Assembly (NCBI GenBank): GCA_013202715.1
Contig: JABMRF010000007.1
Location: forward strand, 72,566-136,565
DNA: 64,000 nt
From: Candidatus Kuenenbacteria bacterium
Lineage (GTDB): Bacteria; Patescibacteriota; Patescibacteriia; UBA11705; JABHMO01
Reading direction: 5' to 3'
The translations under genes and the position numbers were made by a program. Positions 40,601 through 50,571 of this stretch are shown one piece after another. The notes below the pieces were generated by a model. It saw nothing but the letters and a program-made list of their open reading frames with translations. It had not been told where the DNA came from and did no database searches. Numbering within the stretch: position 1 is the first letter of the stretch; every line of letters starts with the position of its first letter.

Positions 40601-43600
40601 ATAGAGTTTAGCGAACCAATTGATACCAATAGTGTTAATAAAGGAGCTTTTAATTTGTACTCTGTCAGTGGCGGTGTTTATACAGATGTAACCAGTACTT
40701 CTATTGTGGATGCTATATTGAGTTCAAATAAGTTATATGTAATTATGGACATTAATGGTACTTTGCCTGTTGGTGAATATGAAATAAGAGTCAAGGGTGG
40801 AGTCAGATCAATGTCAGGCATTACACTCGGCGATCCAAATAATCCGGGAAATGATCATTACATGTCAAATTTTACTGTTACCAATACAACTGATGTAACT
40901 GCCCCTACAATGAATGGTAGTTGGCCTGAAAATAATGATATGTCAGTACCAATGGACTTTGGCTTTATTGATATAGGATTTGCTGAAGCATTGGATCCAA
41001 CTAATATTAACACTACAAATGTCACTTTGAAAACTGGAACATCAACTGTGCCGACCAATGTTGAATACGATGCGATGAGACAGTCAATCAAAATTATACC
41101 TACTACCGGTTTGACTCCAGGTGTAGCATATACTGCAACTATTAGTTTTGGCGCTTCTGCCATTCAAGATTTAGCAGGATTACCCATGGATCTATCTGGA
41201 CTTCTACTCACATTCAAAATGACTACAACGGCAGATAGTACTCAGCCTGTGCTTGAGTTTGCGAATTGTGATAGCTATAGTTGTGCAATCACTTTTAATA
41301 AAGGCATGAGCGCACTCAAGCAAAGTGAAGCTTCATCAAACGCTAACCTTTGGACTGGCAGTGTGAGAAATCCGGCCAACTATGCTTTGACTTTTGGTCC
41401 AGGTGGAACTGATACCGTAGAAAGTCTTACGGCCAGTGGTGTGTCCTTTAATTATGAATATGATACCAATACCGTATTGGTTGAAGGATTATCATTTACA
41501 GGCTTAAATGCAGATACAGATAAATTTGTTTTAACAGTAACCAATGTATTAGATCTTTCAAATAATCCAATCAACACTAGTGCCAATACAGCCGGTGGAT
41601 ATATTATGGATTCATCCAAGTCCGGCGGTATGATGGGACCTGGTGGTGGTGGATTTATGGGAGGTGGTATGATGGGTGGCGGAATAATGACCGGTGGCCC
41701 AAGCGGATTTGGTGGATTTGGTGCCAAAGAAGCTATGATGATGGGCGCAGGTGTGATGCCAATGAATATGACAGCCGGCGCAACTACTACATACTTTATT
41801 GACTTCCCTATGCCTCCATCAGGTGGAACTGCTAATAAACTTGATGATGGTTCATATTTTAAATTGACCTTTCCAAAGGGAACTACTTTGACTGGTGCAA
41901 TTCCAGATCCATACAATCCAAGTAAGACTGATCTTAATATGAATGGTGATGCAGTGGTTGTTCTGTCTGAATCTGGAATCGCTGCAGATTCAGTTGCTGC
42001 AACTCAGGCTGGTGCTATCAATGATGGAGTTACAGTTTCAGGTCAAACTATGACCTTGTGGTTAGATACAAATAGCGGAACAACTAGTGATCCAGATATG
42101 TTCCACTTTGAAGTCAAGGGCATTGTAAATCCAAAGGCTCAGGATTTTAATTCTTCAGGATATACAGTAGATATGAAAGCATATAATAGTGGCGGTACAT
42201 TGATAGAATCTATGACTTCTATGCCGTACTTTATAAATGCCGCGGGGTCAAATAATATTACGATTAATGTAACTGCTGAAGATGGTCTTGGTGATATGAC
42301 TTTGATGATGGGATCACCAATGTCCGGTCCAATGGACGCAGATGTATCTCTCATGGCTGGTGTGGGAACTCAAACTTGGTCAAATTTGAATGATGGTTGT
42401 TATCATATTTTTACTGAGCCAACAATTACTCTTGGTATATATAAATATTCAGGTCAGATGAATCCGGAACCGATTTGTTTGCCGGGTTCCGGCGCAAACT
42501 GGACTGAAGCTACGAGTACATTAACCAAAGCACTTACCTTTACAAAACGTAGCGCTGCTAATTCAGCTCAGCTAGCAGTATTAGTCAGTGGTACCTTTGC
42601 AGACGCCGGTGAAGACGTAGATATTTTTGCTTTTGGCCCAAATGGTGGAACCGTTGAAACTGTGACTTTTGGCGGTGAAGTTGTAAATAATTCCACTACC
42701 CTCTTTCTTCCATCCAATGGTGATTACAATATTGGTATCGGTCCGGCAATGCCAAAGGGTCCGATGGCCGGTCCCCCACCAATGCCTGATTGGATGCCAC
42801 CTATGACAACTGCGATCACTGTCAGTGGTGTCGGTGGAACTCCGGTAATTAAACGAAACGACACCAATGCTACTATTACTGAATTACCTATATCAATTAC
42901 CAGCGCTACAAAAGAAATTCGTGGACTGGTGGTCTCCAAGGGAACAACTATAGGTGCAAGTTATACTGCAGCTGCGACAAGTCTAACCTTAACCAGTGGA
43001 AGTGGCTTTGCGGAAAATGACTTTATTTATATATCTGATGGAACAAATACCGCTACTGATAAGATTCTGTCTATCAGTGGTACAACTGTGCAATTAACCA
43101 GTGGAATGGGTACATCCTTTGCTTCTGGTAGCGCAGTCTATAACATCATTCCTGACACTGAATTATGGGCTAATCAGCCAATGGGCTTTGGTGGTATGGG
43201 ATCTCACGCAACTTCACAAGCTGATGGTTCATTTGTGTTAAAAGTTGCTTCAAATGGTACTTATGATATTGGTGCTTGGAAGTCAGGAATTGGTGATGCT
43301 CCTTCTAGTTCGGCAACTGTCAAAGATAATAATGGTGGTACAGTAGATGGAAATAGTACAGCCGACGTTAAGGTTAATGGAGCTAACATTACTACTGTAA
43401 ACCCGTTCCTAATAAAAATAGGTAGACCAGATTATGTAATCTCTGGGCGAGCTATTGATTCCAGTAATAATCCAATGCAATATACTCATGTGATGGCAGA
43501 AGAAACTACAACTCGCCAAATGGCACATTCAAATACAGATTCAGATGGTGATTATATCCTCAATGTTAGTGCAGGTACCTGGAGTATTCAGGTAGATACA

Positions 43601-46312
43601 CCTCCTAGCTTTGATGGCTGTGGATCGACCTCTGCTACTGTTGTTGTTGCCGAAGCAACTGGAGATATGAATAATCAGACATTGCAACCAGCCACTACAA
43701 CTTGTTATACAATTTCAGGAAATGTGTCTGTAGGTGGAAATCTTCAGACTAATGTGCCTATTATGGTGGAAGCCTGGGACACAGATAATGACTGGCCATC
43801 CGGAGGTTATAATCGACATGAAATGACTGATACTGCTGGTAATTATGCCGTAAAAGCTGGAGCTGGAACATACCGAGTTTCTATGTGGTCACCTGATTAC
43901 GGTGAGGTTGGATCCAATGTAGTAATTACCAGTGCTAATGTAACTCAAAATATTAGTTATGATGCTTCTGAGTTGAAAACATTGACTATTGCCTTTACCG
44001 GTGGAACAGCAAGTCAGAGAGGTTTTGTAGAAGCAAAATCAACTACAGGGTCAGGTCGTCGTGGTATACCAGTCGCTGATTTAAGTAGTAGCACAACAAT
44101 GAGTTTACCCGTCGATACATATAAAGTAATGGTGTTTGTTGATGGCCTTGGTGATTACTCCCCTTCTTCAGAGGTTGATCTCACAACAACTGATCAAACT
44201 GTAACTATAAATCTTTCAACTGAAACTTCACATGCAGTAAGTGGAACAATTTTAGATAGTAGTGATAACCCGGTTTCTGGTGCAGCAGTACTTCTTGTAA
44301 ATGAAACTACCGGGCTAGCTAAACAAGCAACTACTGATGCTAATGGTGATTATTCCGCCACTGTAAAGGAAGGAACATTTACTATCAAGGCAGAGCACAA
44401 GGATTATGCTTCATTACCAAAAGCAACTCTAGCTGTAACTTCTGATATTAACTATGATTTTGATAGTGATTCAGAAAATGAAGATATTGCTGTAGATAAT
44501 GATTTAGTTGAAAAAACTGTAAGTATTAGTGGTACGATTTATAAATCTGATGGTACAACTGAAATGAATACCGGCGGATTTGTTTACGCAACAGATTCAG
44601 TGACTGGATCAAAGGCTAAGGCCAATATTCAGGACGATGGAACATATATTCTTCCAGTTACTGCTGGAAATTGGACAGTCATAGCTGATGGACCACTTCA
44701 CTCCGAGACAACTCTTAGTACTGCTGTGTCAGTGTCAAGTACAAATGTAGCAAGTGAAGATATTACATTGACTGAAGATGCGACAGATATTAAAAAGTCA
44801 GAATCATCAACCTTTACCCCATCCTCGGGTGTTAATGTAAATGATGAAAACAATACCGGTTTTGAAATTACGGCCAGTTCAGGTTCGCTTGGTCAAAACA
44901 GCACAGCTACTTCTGGAACAATTACCCTCGAAGAAGTTGATATGCCTGCTTCTGATAATTTGGTGCCTGTTGGAAACTTTGTAGATGTTTCAATGAGAAC
45001 TACCACTTCATCAGGTACTTCAGATATTAATCAGTTGACCGGTAATGGTGCTGAAATCGTGTTTCACTATACAGCTGCTGATATGACTGCTGCCGGAATA
45101 ACAGATGAATCAATGATATCCTTGGCCTATTATGATGATACTACTGAAACTCTTATGCCACTCGATAATCTCGCCCGTGATACAACTAATAATACAGTAA
45201 CTGGTACAATTACTCATTTGACAGAAGTTGGTTTGGTTGCTCCGCCGTTGGTGTCGTCTTCAGCTCCGCGTAGTGTTATGCCAAGCGCGGGATCGGCTGT
45301 AATTACCACTCCAGCCACAGATGAAGTTACAGACGTAGTTGAAGATGATACATCTGTAGTTACAGATACAGATATTGATACTGTTACCACTGTTGTTACA
45401 GATGTCAAAGAAGTAACAAAAACAGTTATCGCTGAAACAACCGCTGTCACAAGCTTTGTTCCTGAAAAACCGGCAGATCGATCACTTGCTAAAGAAAGTT
45501 TAGCAGTCGGCGATTACATCAAGTTAACCAGAACAGCACCAGATTCAGCTGAGGAGTGGAAAGTGATTGATTACATGGCCTACGGAACAACTGCCAAGGT
45601 TAAATCAATGACTAACGGAGAAAGATTTGGACTGCTCGAAGATTACAAGATCGTTTACAACCGATTGCCTGCAGCTGATACTGACTGGGAATCACTTGGC
45701 AAGATGGCGCAAGGAACTACTCCGGCCCGAATTATCGGCCGGGAAGCTGAAGCGTTGAAAGCATTTGTCAAAGTATTTGGCCGAGTTGTAGACTTTAGTA
45801 AGTCAGCTGAAGAAAAGTTCATTCACAGCGTTGCTTATTACTTGCGCCCTGCTGAGCGTGATATGGCAAAAGAACAAGCAGCTTTGGGAACATTTGCTGA
45901 TGCTTATAACAAGCTTCCAAACACAAGTTTCTTCTGGTCAGTACTTCGAGGTGTTGCTTATTCTGGTGTAGAAAAGAATGCACCAGTCCCTGTCCCTGAA
46001 ATACCGGCAGTTGAAGTTACGGCTCCTGCTCTAGACAATGCGTCTAATGTTGTTCCAGCTCATCCCGCAACTGCTGACAGAAACTTGAAAGCTGAAATTA
46101 CCGCAGTTAGTGATTATTCAGCCTTGATGGGCGGAACTCCGGATTCAGCTGGTTGGAGTACAATTTACTTTATCTCTTACGGAAGTACTGATGCCAGCAT
46201 GGCCATGACTTCAGCTGAGAGATTGGAGATTATCAAGACTTACAAGAGTCAGAACGACAAATTGCCAACAACCGATAGTGACTGGCAAGCTGTAGCAGAT
46301 TTAGTTCAATAG
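37670..46312 (+). CDS. giant secreted surface/S-layer-like protein
   Basis: Signal peptide; lamin-tail-like domain (VISEI...DEFIELY), several Ig-like (Big_5-type) and carboxypeptidase-regulatory-like beta-sandwiches, G/M-rich tract, repeated C-terminal helical modules. Confidence 0.85.
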   Translation: MKKIAKNKIFTGFIAMTTIVWAMGLAGVLTPLLPAQAAVTVATENRIYSSWDMSGGMMSDVAAFKVTADSGETLNSINVRFNSTYGTATPAAMLSAFNVAGQEGATDVQGLSIYKDSNANGWFDPGGGDIVVPWEVQPTWTDNGNGTFDTSLNIVDDTLPTSYAGDWNYFLHMQMAASPDAGKSFKFQFGAGAGGAIVTSGTSPSITAFETNSINSSGGGGGDYTVSPRITDIFFKSPTSLVLDFDMDMDTTSVNCNEVLIPGSCSSKYTLFTRDGADNQTIITAVRGVVGDNTMVTLTAHANARIGLSSQDYLVVSTDPAQAPRDATNGMSYNEDGVINFHINNGSAVISEIKIGGSATTDEFIELYITDSGGSVDLDGYKVTALVSNVYVTLATLGPTSLDTGKHYLLANKANDYNMAVDGVAMLADFNFSGVDLADNDTIILVDNNGVVIDLVGFGAAATIYQGYSPADSPAPNGSIERKAVYSSTGQSMSEADVDGGNGYNSLDNGYDFVSRNVLDSDPQPSTATAESSGMLEDDYVNSTPTIEHMPIAMAIAGQSITIDAYIYDVENSFNALITKQLCYKAPNGSWPGTCVTGTDEGQNRVEFYIPASEVTISGLNYYIEVIDSGTFAAYASSNPTSTTAVMAKLSPFLINISAIAGSRMISGTVYQSDCITPIYNANVYVKGTGLSSISSASGVFTITGVSDGTYNLEATASGYLSSEIWGASVGVNNPNSSGWVFCLSSGTAGQGGDSEAPQVIMSMPGDGMMGAPIDIVIDRAPMFFMLDKEIDMTTVSCTDCDAATDNIKLKKVSGGSITNITDYNVSFDTGLGAASRGQTVQFGGSTSNPVIVIDKVALLEIGTDYIIEITPGVKDMAGNPLEGNRPGGGHTISFTTQSTSNNFSGSSGFDFTEDETFWQTGDFSSMTEDAGYATMMGNFDADKGMWAGGAYSPLYVYGSQPSPGSWNVPTNLTKIVIEFSEPIDTNSVNKGAFNLYSVSGGVYTDVTSTSIVDAILSSNKLYVIMDINGTLPVGEYEIRVKGGVRSMSGITLGDPNNPGNDHYMSNFTVTNTTDVTAPTMNGSWPENNDMSVPMDFGFIDIGFAEALDPTNINTTNVTLKTGTSTVPTNVEYDAMRQSIKIIPTTGLTPGVAYTATISFGASAIQDLAGLPMDLSGLLLTFKMTTTADSTQPVLEFANCDSYSCAITFNKGMSALKQSEASSNANLWTGSVRNPANYALTFGPGGTDTVESLTASGVSFNYEYDTNTVLVEGLSFTGLNADTDKFVLTVTNVLDLSNNPINTSANTAGGYIMDSSKSGGMMGPGGGGFMGGGMMGGGIMTGGPSGFGGFGAKEAMMMGAGVMPMNMTAGATTTYFIDFPMPPSGGTANKLDDGSYFKLTFPKGTTLTGAIPDPYNPSKTDLNMNGDAVVVLSESGIAADSVAATQAGAINDGVTVSGQTMTLWLDTNSGTTSDPDMFHFEVKGIVNPKAQDFNSSGYTVDMKAYNSGGTLIESMTSMPYFINAAGSNNITINVTAEDGLGDMTLMMGSPMSGPMDADVSLMAGVGTQTWSNLNDGCYHIFTEPTITLGIYKYSGQMNPEPICLPGSGANWTEATSTLTKALTFTKRSAANSAQLAVLVSGTFADAGEDVDIFAFGPNGGTVETVTFGGEVVNNSTTLFLPSNGDYNIGIGPAMPKGPMAGPPPMPDWMPPMTTAITVSGVGGTPVIKRNDTNATITELPISITSATKEIRGLVVSKGTTIGASYTAAATSLTLTSGSGFAENDFIYISDGTNTATDKILSISGTTVQLTSGMGTSFASGSAVYNIIPDTELWANQPMGFGGMGSHATSQADGSFVLKVASNGTYDIGAWKSGIGDAPSSSATVKDNNGGTVDGNSTADVKVNGANITTVNPFLIKIGRPDYVISGRAIDSSNNPMQYTHVMAEETTTRQMAHSNTDSDGDYILNVSAGTWSIQVDTPPSFDGCGSTSATVVVAEATGDMNNQTLQPATTTCYTISGNVSVGGNLQTNVPIMVEAWDTDNDWPSGGYNRHEMTDTAGNYAVKAGAGTYRVSMWSPDYGEVGSNVVITSANVTQNISYDASELKTLTIAFTGGTASQRGFVEAKSTTGSGRRGIPVADLSSSTTMSLPVDTYKVMVFVDGLGDYSPSSEVDLTTTDQTVTINLSTETSHAVSGTILDSSDNPVSGAAVLLVNETTGLAKQATTDANGDYSATVKEGTFTIKAEHKDYASLPKATLAVTSDINYDFDSDSENEDIAVDNDLVEKTVSISGTIYKSDGTTEMNTGGFVYATDSVTGSKAKANIQDDGTYILPVTAGNWTVIADGPLHSETTLSTAVSVSSTNVASEDITLTEDATDIKKSESSTFTPSSGVNVNDENNTGFEITASSGSLGQNSTATSGTITLEEVDMPASDNLVPVGNFVDVSMRTTTSSGTSDINQLTGNGAEIVFHYTAADMTAAGITDESMISLAYYDDTTETLMPLDNLARDTTNNTVTGTITHLTEVGLVAPPLVSSSAPRSVMPSAGSAVITTPATDEVTDVVEDDTSVVTDTDIDTVTTVVTDVKEVTKTVIAETTAVTSFVPEKPADRSLAKESLAVGDYIKLTRTAPDSAEEWKVIDYMAYGTTAKVKSMTNGERFGLLEDYKIVYNRLPAADTDWESLGKMAQGTTPARIIGREAEALKAFVKVFGRVVDFSKSAEEKFIHSVAYYLRPAERDMAKEQAALGTFADAYNKLPNTSFFWSVLRGVAYSGVEKNAPVPVPEIPAVEVTAPALDNASNVVPAHPATADRNLKAEITAVSDYSALMGGTPDSAGWSTIYFISYGSTDASMAMTSAERLEIIKTYKSQNDKLPTTDSDWQAVADLVQ

Positions 46313-46330
46313 ATTTGAATAGAAAAAATA

Positions 46331-46363
46331 AAAAACGAGCCTCATTGTACGAGGCTCGTTTTT
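46331..46363. terminator. bidirectional intrinsic terminator
   Basis: aaaaacgagcctc-attgtac-gaggctcgttttt. Confidence 0.85.
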
Positions 46364-46374
46364 GTTACCCATCA

Positions 46375-46454
46375 CTTACCCCGCGTCTTTAGACCGGGAG
46401 TATAGTGTTCAGCTTCCTGTGCTTTTCATTCCCAGTCTGAAGACATGGGGTAAG
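46375..46454. repeat. inverted doublet of REP-like hairpins
   Basis: cttaccccgcgtctttagaccggga versus reverse complement of tcccagtctgaagacatggggtaag (21/25 identical). Confidence 0.65.
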
Positions 46455-46838
46455 TTAGATGTCGCGAAAATGCATTCCCAACACTGGGTCTTTTTTTATT
46501 TTTTCAATATTTTTATCAACCTGTTCATAAAATTCAGGATAATGTTGACGGGCAATCCATCTGCCTTGATATCGCTGTCGGTACGGCGGTTTTTGCAGGT
46601 GCGCAACTTCATGCGCCACTGTGCGGATCAAGCCGTTAAGGCTTTTTGGTTTCATTGTCTTGGGCGTATAAATATCCAGAACAACTGTTTTCGTTTGCAA
46701 ATTAATATAGCCAAGTGTATAGCGTTTATTACTCTTACTCCCCTTTCGGGCCATTATTTTTAATTTCAAACCTTTTACCTTTAGGATTTGGCAGATTTTC
46801 TGGAATAGGATTTGGGCCAGGTCTTCGTGATTTTGCAT
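46455..46838 (-). CDS. small zinc metalloprotease-like protein (SprT/WLM-like)
   Basis: TVAHEVAHL HExxH plus downstream HYPEFY. Confidence 0.7.
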   Translation of the reverse strand: MQNHEDLAQILFQKICQILKVKGLKLKIMARKGSKSNKRYTLGYINLQTKTVVLDIYTPKTMKPKSLNGLIRTVAHEVAHLQKPPYRQRYQGRWIARQHYPEFYEQVDKNIEKIKKDPVLGMHFRDI

Positions 46839-46913
46839 ATTGACAAATTGATCATTCTTTACTAAAGTATAGTAAATGATTGGTTCTTTGTAAACCCCAA
46901 CTTAGGAGAAAAC

Positions 46914-47324
46914 ATGAGACTTTTGCATCACATTCGTGAAGTGCTGGCGTTGGAAAGTGATACCTTTTTACTTATCGATCAGAGTCAATACGAAGAGTGC
47001 TCTGTATATCCGTTGTTTGGGATAGTTAACCGAGCCGTATGTTCTGGTTGTACTTCAATAAGTCAAGTTGAAGCTACACTTAATTTGCGAGATTCTAGAT
47101 TGAGTGGAACAGCTTGTAGTTTGTCAGGAGAAATTGTAGATGTTAATGTCGTAAGTGGTGTTTTCGGTTGGTATCGTATTTATGTCTTAACAGCGGCTGA
47201 AGCTATGCACGTTTTTATGCTTCTAACAAAAAAGGATACTACAACTTATTTTTCGAATCCGACCGTGTTTAGACAAAGAATGAAAATGAAAGAGCCAATG
47301 GCTCCTCTCCGTCACGTAACATAG
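46914..47324 (+). CDS. orphan hypothetical protein (cassette O)
   Basis: TTGACA(46840)-17-TAAAGT, boxA-like TGGTTCTTTGTAAA, AGGAG SD, terminator 47338-47366. Confidence 0.65.
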   Translation: MRLLHHIREVLALESDTFLLIDQSQYEECSVYPLFGIVNRAVCSGCTSISQVEATLNLRDSRLSGTACSLSGEIVDVNVVSGVFGWYRIYVLTAAEAMHVFMLLTKKDTTTYFSNPTVFRQRMKMKEPMAPLRHVT

Positions 47325-47388
47325 AATCAAAGTTAATAAAATAAGCCTAATCTAAGGCTTATTTTTACGTTATATGAGGTTTATTCAT

Positions 47389-48582
47389 CTAAGGAAGGTA
47401 ATCGAGCGCATTGACCGGAATTCCGTTCACGCGGACTTCAAAGTGAAGATGAGCGCCAGTACTTAAACGTCCGGCCCCAGGTGTTCCTGGCATTCCGCCG
47501 GTCAAGCCGATCGTTTCGCCTTTGGCCACATATTCGTCTTCTTCGATCAGAATTTTACTGACATGACCGTAAACTGTTGAGATCCCTTTTGCGTGAATCA
47601 ATGAAATATAGCTGTAACCCATTCCAGAGTCCTTGGCTTTGAGAACATATCCTTCGGCAGGTGCCTTTATCACAGTCCCCTGTTTGGCTCGGACATCAAT
47701 GGCCGGATGTTCAAATAAATATCGAAATGGATAGCCCGGATCATGAAATGTTGAAGTAATCTTGTTTTGCGGAATAGGCCAGCTCAGCTGACTGTCAGTC
47801 AACTGAGGTTTGTCAGATTTGATTTGTTTAAGTTTCTCTCTTGCCTTTTTTTCAAGCTCAACTAAGTTGTTGCTGATCTGCTCCTGTTCTTTTTTTGCTT
47901 GCCAATAAAGAGTGGTAAACTTTTGTTCAGATTCCTGAGTGTCCACTAGGAGCTGATCCTTGAATTCATTTTCTCCCTGTAATTCAACAGTTTGCAATTC
48001 GAGGTCTTCTTTTAATTGTACAAACTGAATTTTTTTGTCTTCCAGTGCTTGTTTGTTTGCAAGTAAATCCTTTTTTTCTACCTTTACATTGCTGAGTGTT
48101 TTTTGAAGACTATTTTGCAGTTCTTTTGTATATTCAGCTTCATTAAAAAAATCTGACAAAGAATCATTGGACAAGAATATTTTTAATGGGTTTTGTGAGT
48201 CAGCCTGATGGATCTGCTGAACCGTTTCGGATAAAATAAGTTTTTGTCTGGAAATAGCGTCTTCAGTTTCCAATATTTGAAGTTCTTTGTTTCTGGTTTC
48301 AAGTTGAATTTGCTCAATCTCAATTGCGGTTGCTTTCACATCCAGTTCAGTTTTGGCAATTTGATTTTCCAGAATGCTAAGCTGGTTTTTCAATGACATT
48401 GCTTCTTCTTGCTTGGTTCTAATGTTTTTTTGATAAATTGCAGTTTGTTTTTTTAAATCATCAACTTCCTGCTTTTTTTCTTCAATTTGTTGATTTAGTT
48501 CAGTTACATCCTGTGCTAATAAAAACTTTGGCATTATCAAAATGCAAACGGCGATTATTAAAATTATGCCGAGTTTTTTCAT
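47389..48582 (-). CDS. coiled-coil M23 peptidase (murein hydrolase/activator)
   Basis: Signal peptide, long coiled coil, HPAID, YGH, STGAHLHFEVR. Confidence 0.92.
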   Translation of the reverse strand: MKKLGIILIIAVCILIMPKFLLAQDVTELNQQIEEKKQEVDDLKKQTAIYQKNIRTKQEEAMSLKNQLSILENQIAKTELDVKATAIEIEQIQLETRNKELQILETEDAISRQKLILSETVQQIHQADSQNPLKIFLSNDSLSDFFNEAEYTKELQNSLQKTLSNVKVEKKDLLANKQALEDKKIQFVQLKEDLELQTVELQGENEFKDQLLVDTQESEQKFTTLYWQAKKEQEQISNNLVELEKKAREKLKQIKSDKPQLTDSQLSWPIPQNKITSTFHDPGYPFRYLFEHPAIDVRAKQGTVIKAPAEGYVLKAKDSGMGYSYISLIHAKGISTVYGHVSKILIEEDEYVAKGETIGLTGGMPGTPGAGRLSTGAHLHFEVRVNGIPVNALDYLP

Positions 48583-48696
48583 ATATTAGTATTATAGCAA
48601 ATTATTTTGTAACTTGCTACACGTAATTTGCCTTTGGCGTAATTTAACTTCGTTGTAATTGATTGTACTTACTACCAATTACCTAATTACAATTAA

Positions 48697-50223
48697 TTAC
48701 ATCAATTTCGTTATCGCTAAATTAATCCGTTCGACCGTTTTTTCCTTGCCAAGAGCCTGTGCGATTTCAAACGGATCAGGAGAGTTGTCCCTCCCTGACA
48801 GAGCATAGCGCATTGGCCAGAGCATACTGCCGGTATCGATGTTATTTTCCTGAAGGAGGGCCGTAATAAGTTTTTTGAGATTTTCACTTGAAAAATCAGA
48901 TTCATTGATTTCATTCAGTAGCTTTTCAAGTAGTTTGAGGTTTTTAAGACTGTCAGTTTTATTTGATTTTTTCCAGACCAGTTTTTTTGGGTCATAATCA
49001 AGTTCTTTTTTGAAAAAGAATTCGAGAACTTCTCCCACTTCAGTAAATTTTTTTATTCTGGTTTGTTCCAGCGCCAGTATATTTTTTAAATAAGAAGATT
49101 TTATTTCTTCACCAGTATCTTTGATAACAAGTTTTTTGTTTTTTTCAATAATCAACTTTGCTTCAATTAAATATGGTAAACATTGTTCATAAAAATCATC
49201 AAGTGACAATTTTCTAATGTACATACCATTGATCCAGTCAAGTTTATCAACATCAAATACAGCACCAGATTTGTGGACATTATCGAGGCTAAACTGTTTT
49301 GTTAATTCATTCAAGGTATAAATTTCCTGTTCTGTCCCTGCGTTCCAACCGAGTAGAGCAATGAAATTAATAATCGCCTCTTTCAAATAACCTTTGTCAA
49401 TAAAGTCCTGAACTGAGACATCGCCGTCACGTTTACTCAGTTTTTTTCCATTTTTATTTAACAAAACCGGTAAATGAGCAAACACAGGCGCGTGCCAACC
49501 AAACGCTTCATAAAGTAGCGCATGTTTTGGCGTTGAGGCAATCCATTCATCACCGCGCAGGACGTGCGTGATTTTCATCAGATGATCATCTACGATGTTG
49601 GCAAAATGATATGTTGGAAAGCCGTCAGATTTTATGAGAACATAATCATCCATGTCTTTTGTTTTTACACTGATCTGGCCACGAATAAGATCCTCAAAAA
49701 TAACCTGTTTGTTTTCCGGCATCTTGAATCTGATCACGTGGGGTGTTCCGGAATTTAGTAGAGATTGAACTTCAGTTTTTGACAAGTTTCGGCAGAAGCC
49801 GTCATATTTTGGTGGCAGTTTTTGTTTGCGCTGTTCATCTCTCAGATCATCAATTCTTTGTTTTGTGCAAAAACAATAGTAGGCCTTATTTTTGTCCAAT
49901 AATGTTTTGATGTGTGTATTATAAATATCTAGACGCGCAGACTGAGTGTATGGTCCGAATTCTCCGCGTTCTTTTACTTTGTTGTCTTTTGTTAAATATG
50001 GGCCCTCCTCCCCTTCTATCCCCGCCCATTGTAGAGATTGAAGTAAATTTTCAATAGCTCCTGGCACAAGTCTTGACTGGTCTGTGTCTTCGATTCTAAT
50101 TATAAACTTGCCTTTTTCGTGGATTGCAAAGAGGTAATTATAGAGGATTGTGCGTAAATTGCCGACATGTACAAATCCGGTTGGACTTGGTGCAATTCGG
50201 ACGCGAATGATTGATGATTTCAT
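48697..50223 (-). CDS. gltX: glutamate--tRNA ligase
   Basis: RIAPSPTG, HVGN, RIEDTD, KLSKR. Confidence 0.97.
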   Translation of the reverse strand: MKSSIIRVRIAPSPTGFVHVGNLRTILYNYLFAIHEKGKFIIRIEDTDQSRLVPGAIENLLQSLQWAGIEGEEGPYLTKDNKVKERGEFGPYTQSARLDIYNTHIKTLLDKNKAYYCFCTKQRIDDLRDEQRKQKLPPKYDGFCRNLSKTEVQSLLNSGTPHVIRFKMPENKQVIFEDLIRGQISVKTKDMDDYVLIKSDGFPTYHFANIVDDHLMKITHVLRGDEWIASTPKHALLYEAFGWHAPVFAHLPVLLNKNGKKLSKRDGDVSVQDFIDKGYLKEAIINFIALLGWNAGTEQEIYTLNELTKQFSLDNVHKSGAVFDVDKLDWINGMYIRKLSLDDFYEQCLPYLIEAKLIIEKNKKLVIKDTGEEIKSSYLKNILALEQTRIKKFTEVGEVLEFFFKKELDYDPKKLVWKKSNKTDSLKNLKLLEKLLNEINESDFSSENLKKLITALLQENNIDTGSMLWPMRYALSGRDNSPDPFEIAQALGKEKTVERINLAITKLM

Positions 50224-50408
50224 ATTGATAGTCTAGAGTCTTGAGTCAATAGTCAAAAGTCGGAAATCTAACTCAGGACTTTTGACTCTAGACTTTTGAC
50301 TTTATTATAGCGTAATTATATTTAATAGTAAATAGCCTTATGTTAGCTAAAACTAACGGGTTACCTAGTGTAAATTTAGATAATTTTATGAATATTAATT
50401 CATAGGTA

Positions 50409-50462
50409 TTGACAAATTTTTGAAACTATGCTATAATGCTGTATCAATTGGTTCTTTGAAAA
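50409..50462 (+). promoter_or_regulatory. consensus sigma70 promoter plus boxA-like motif
   Basis: TTGACA(50409)-17-TATAAT(50432) with TG extension; TGGTTCTTTGAAAA at 50449-50462. Confidence 0.8.
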
Positions 50463-50571
50463 ATCGCTTGAGTACAACAGAAAGACCTTATTTACAATTA
50501 TCTATTGTATGTAGCGTCTTTTTGTTGTGTCGAGAGTCAACAATTTTTCAAAACCTTAATTGGAGGAAAGC

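Noticed and set aside
37670-46312. Diversity-generating retroelement target
   Set aside because: No reverse transcriptase and no TR/VR pair differing at adenines seen in the window
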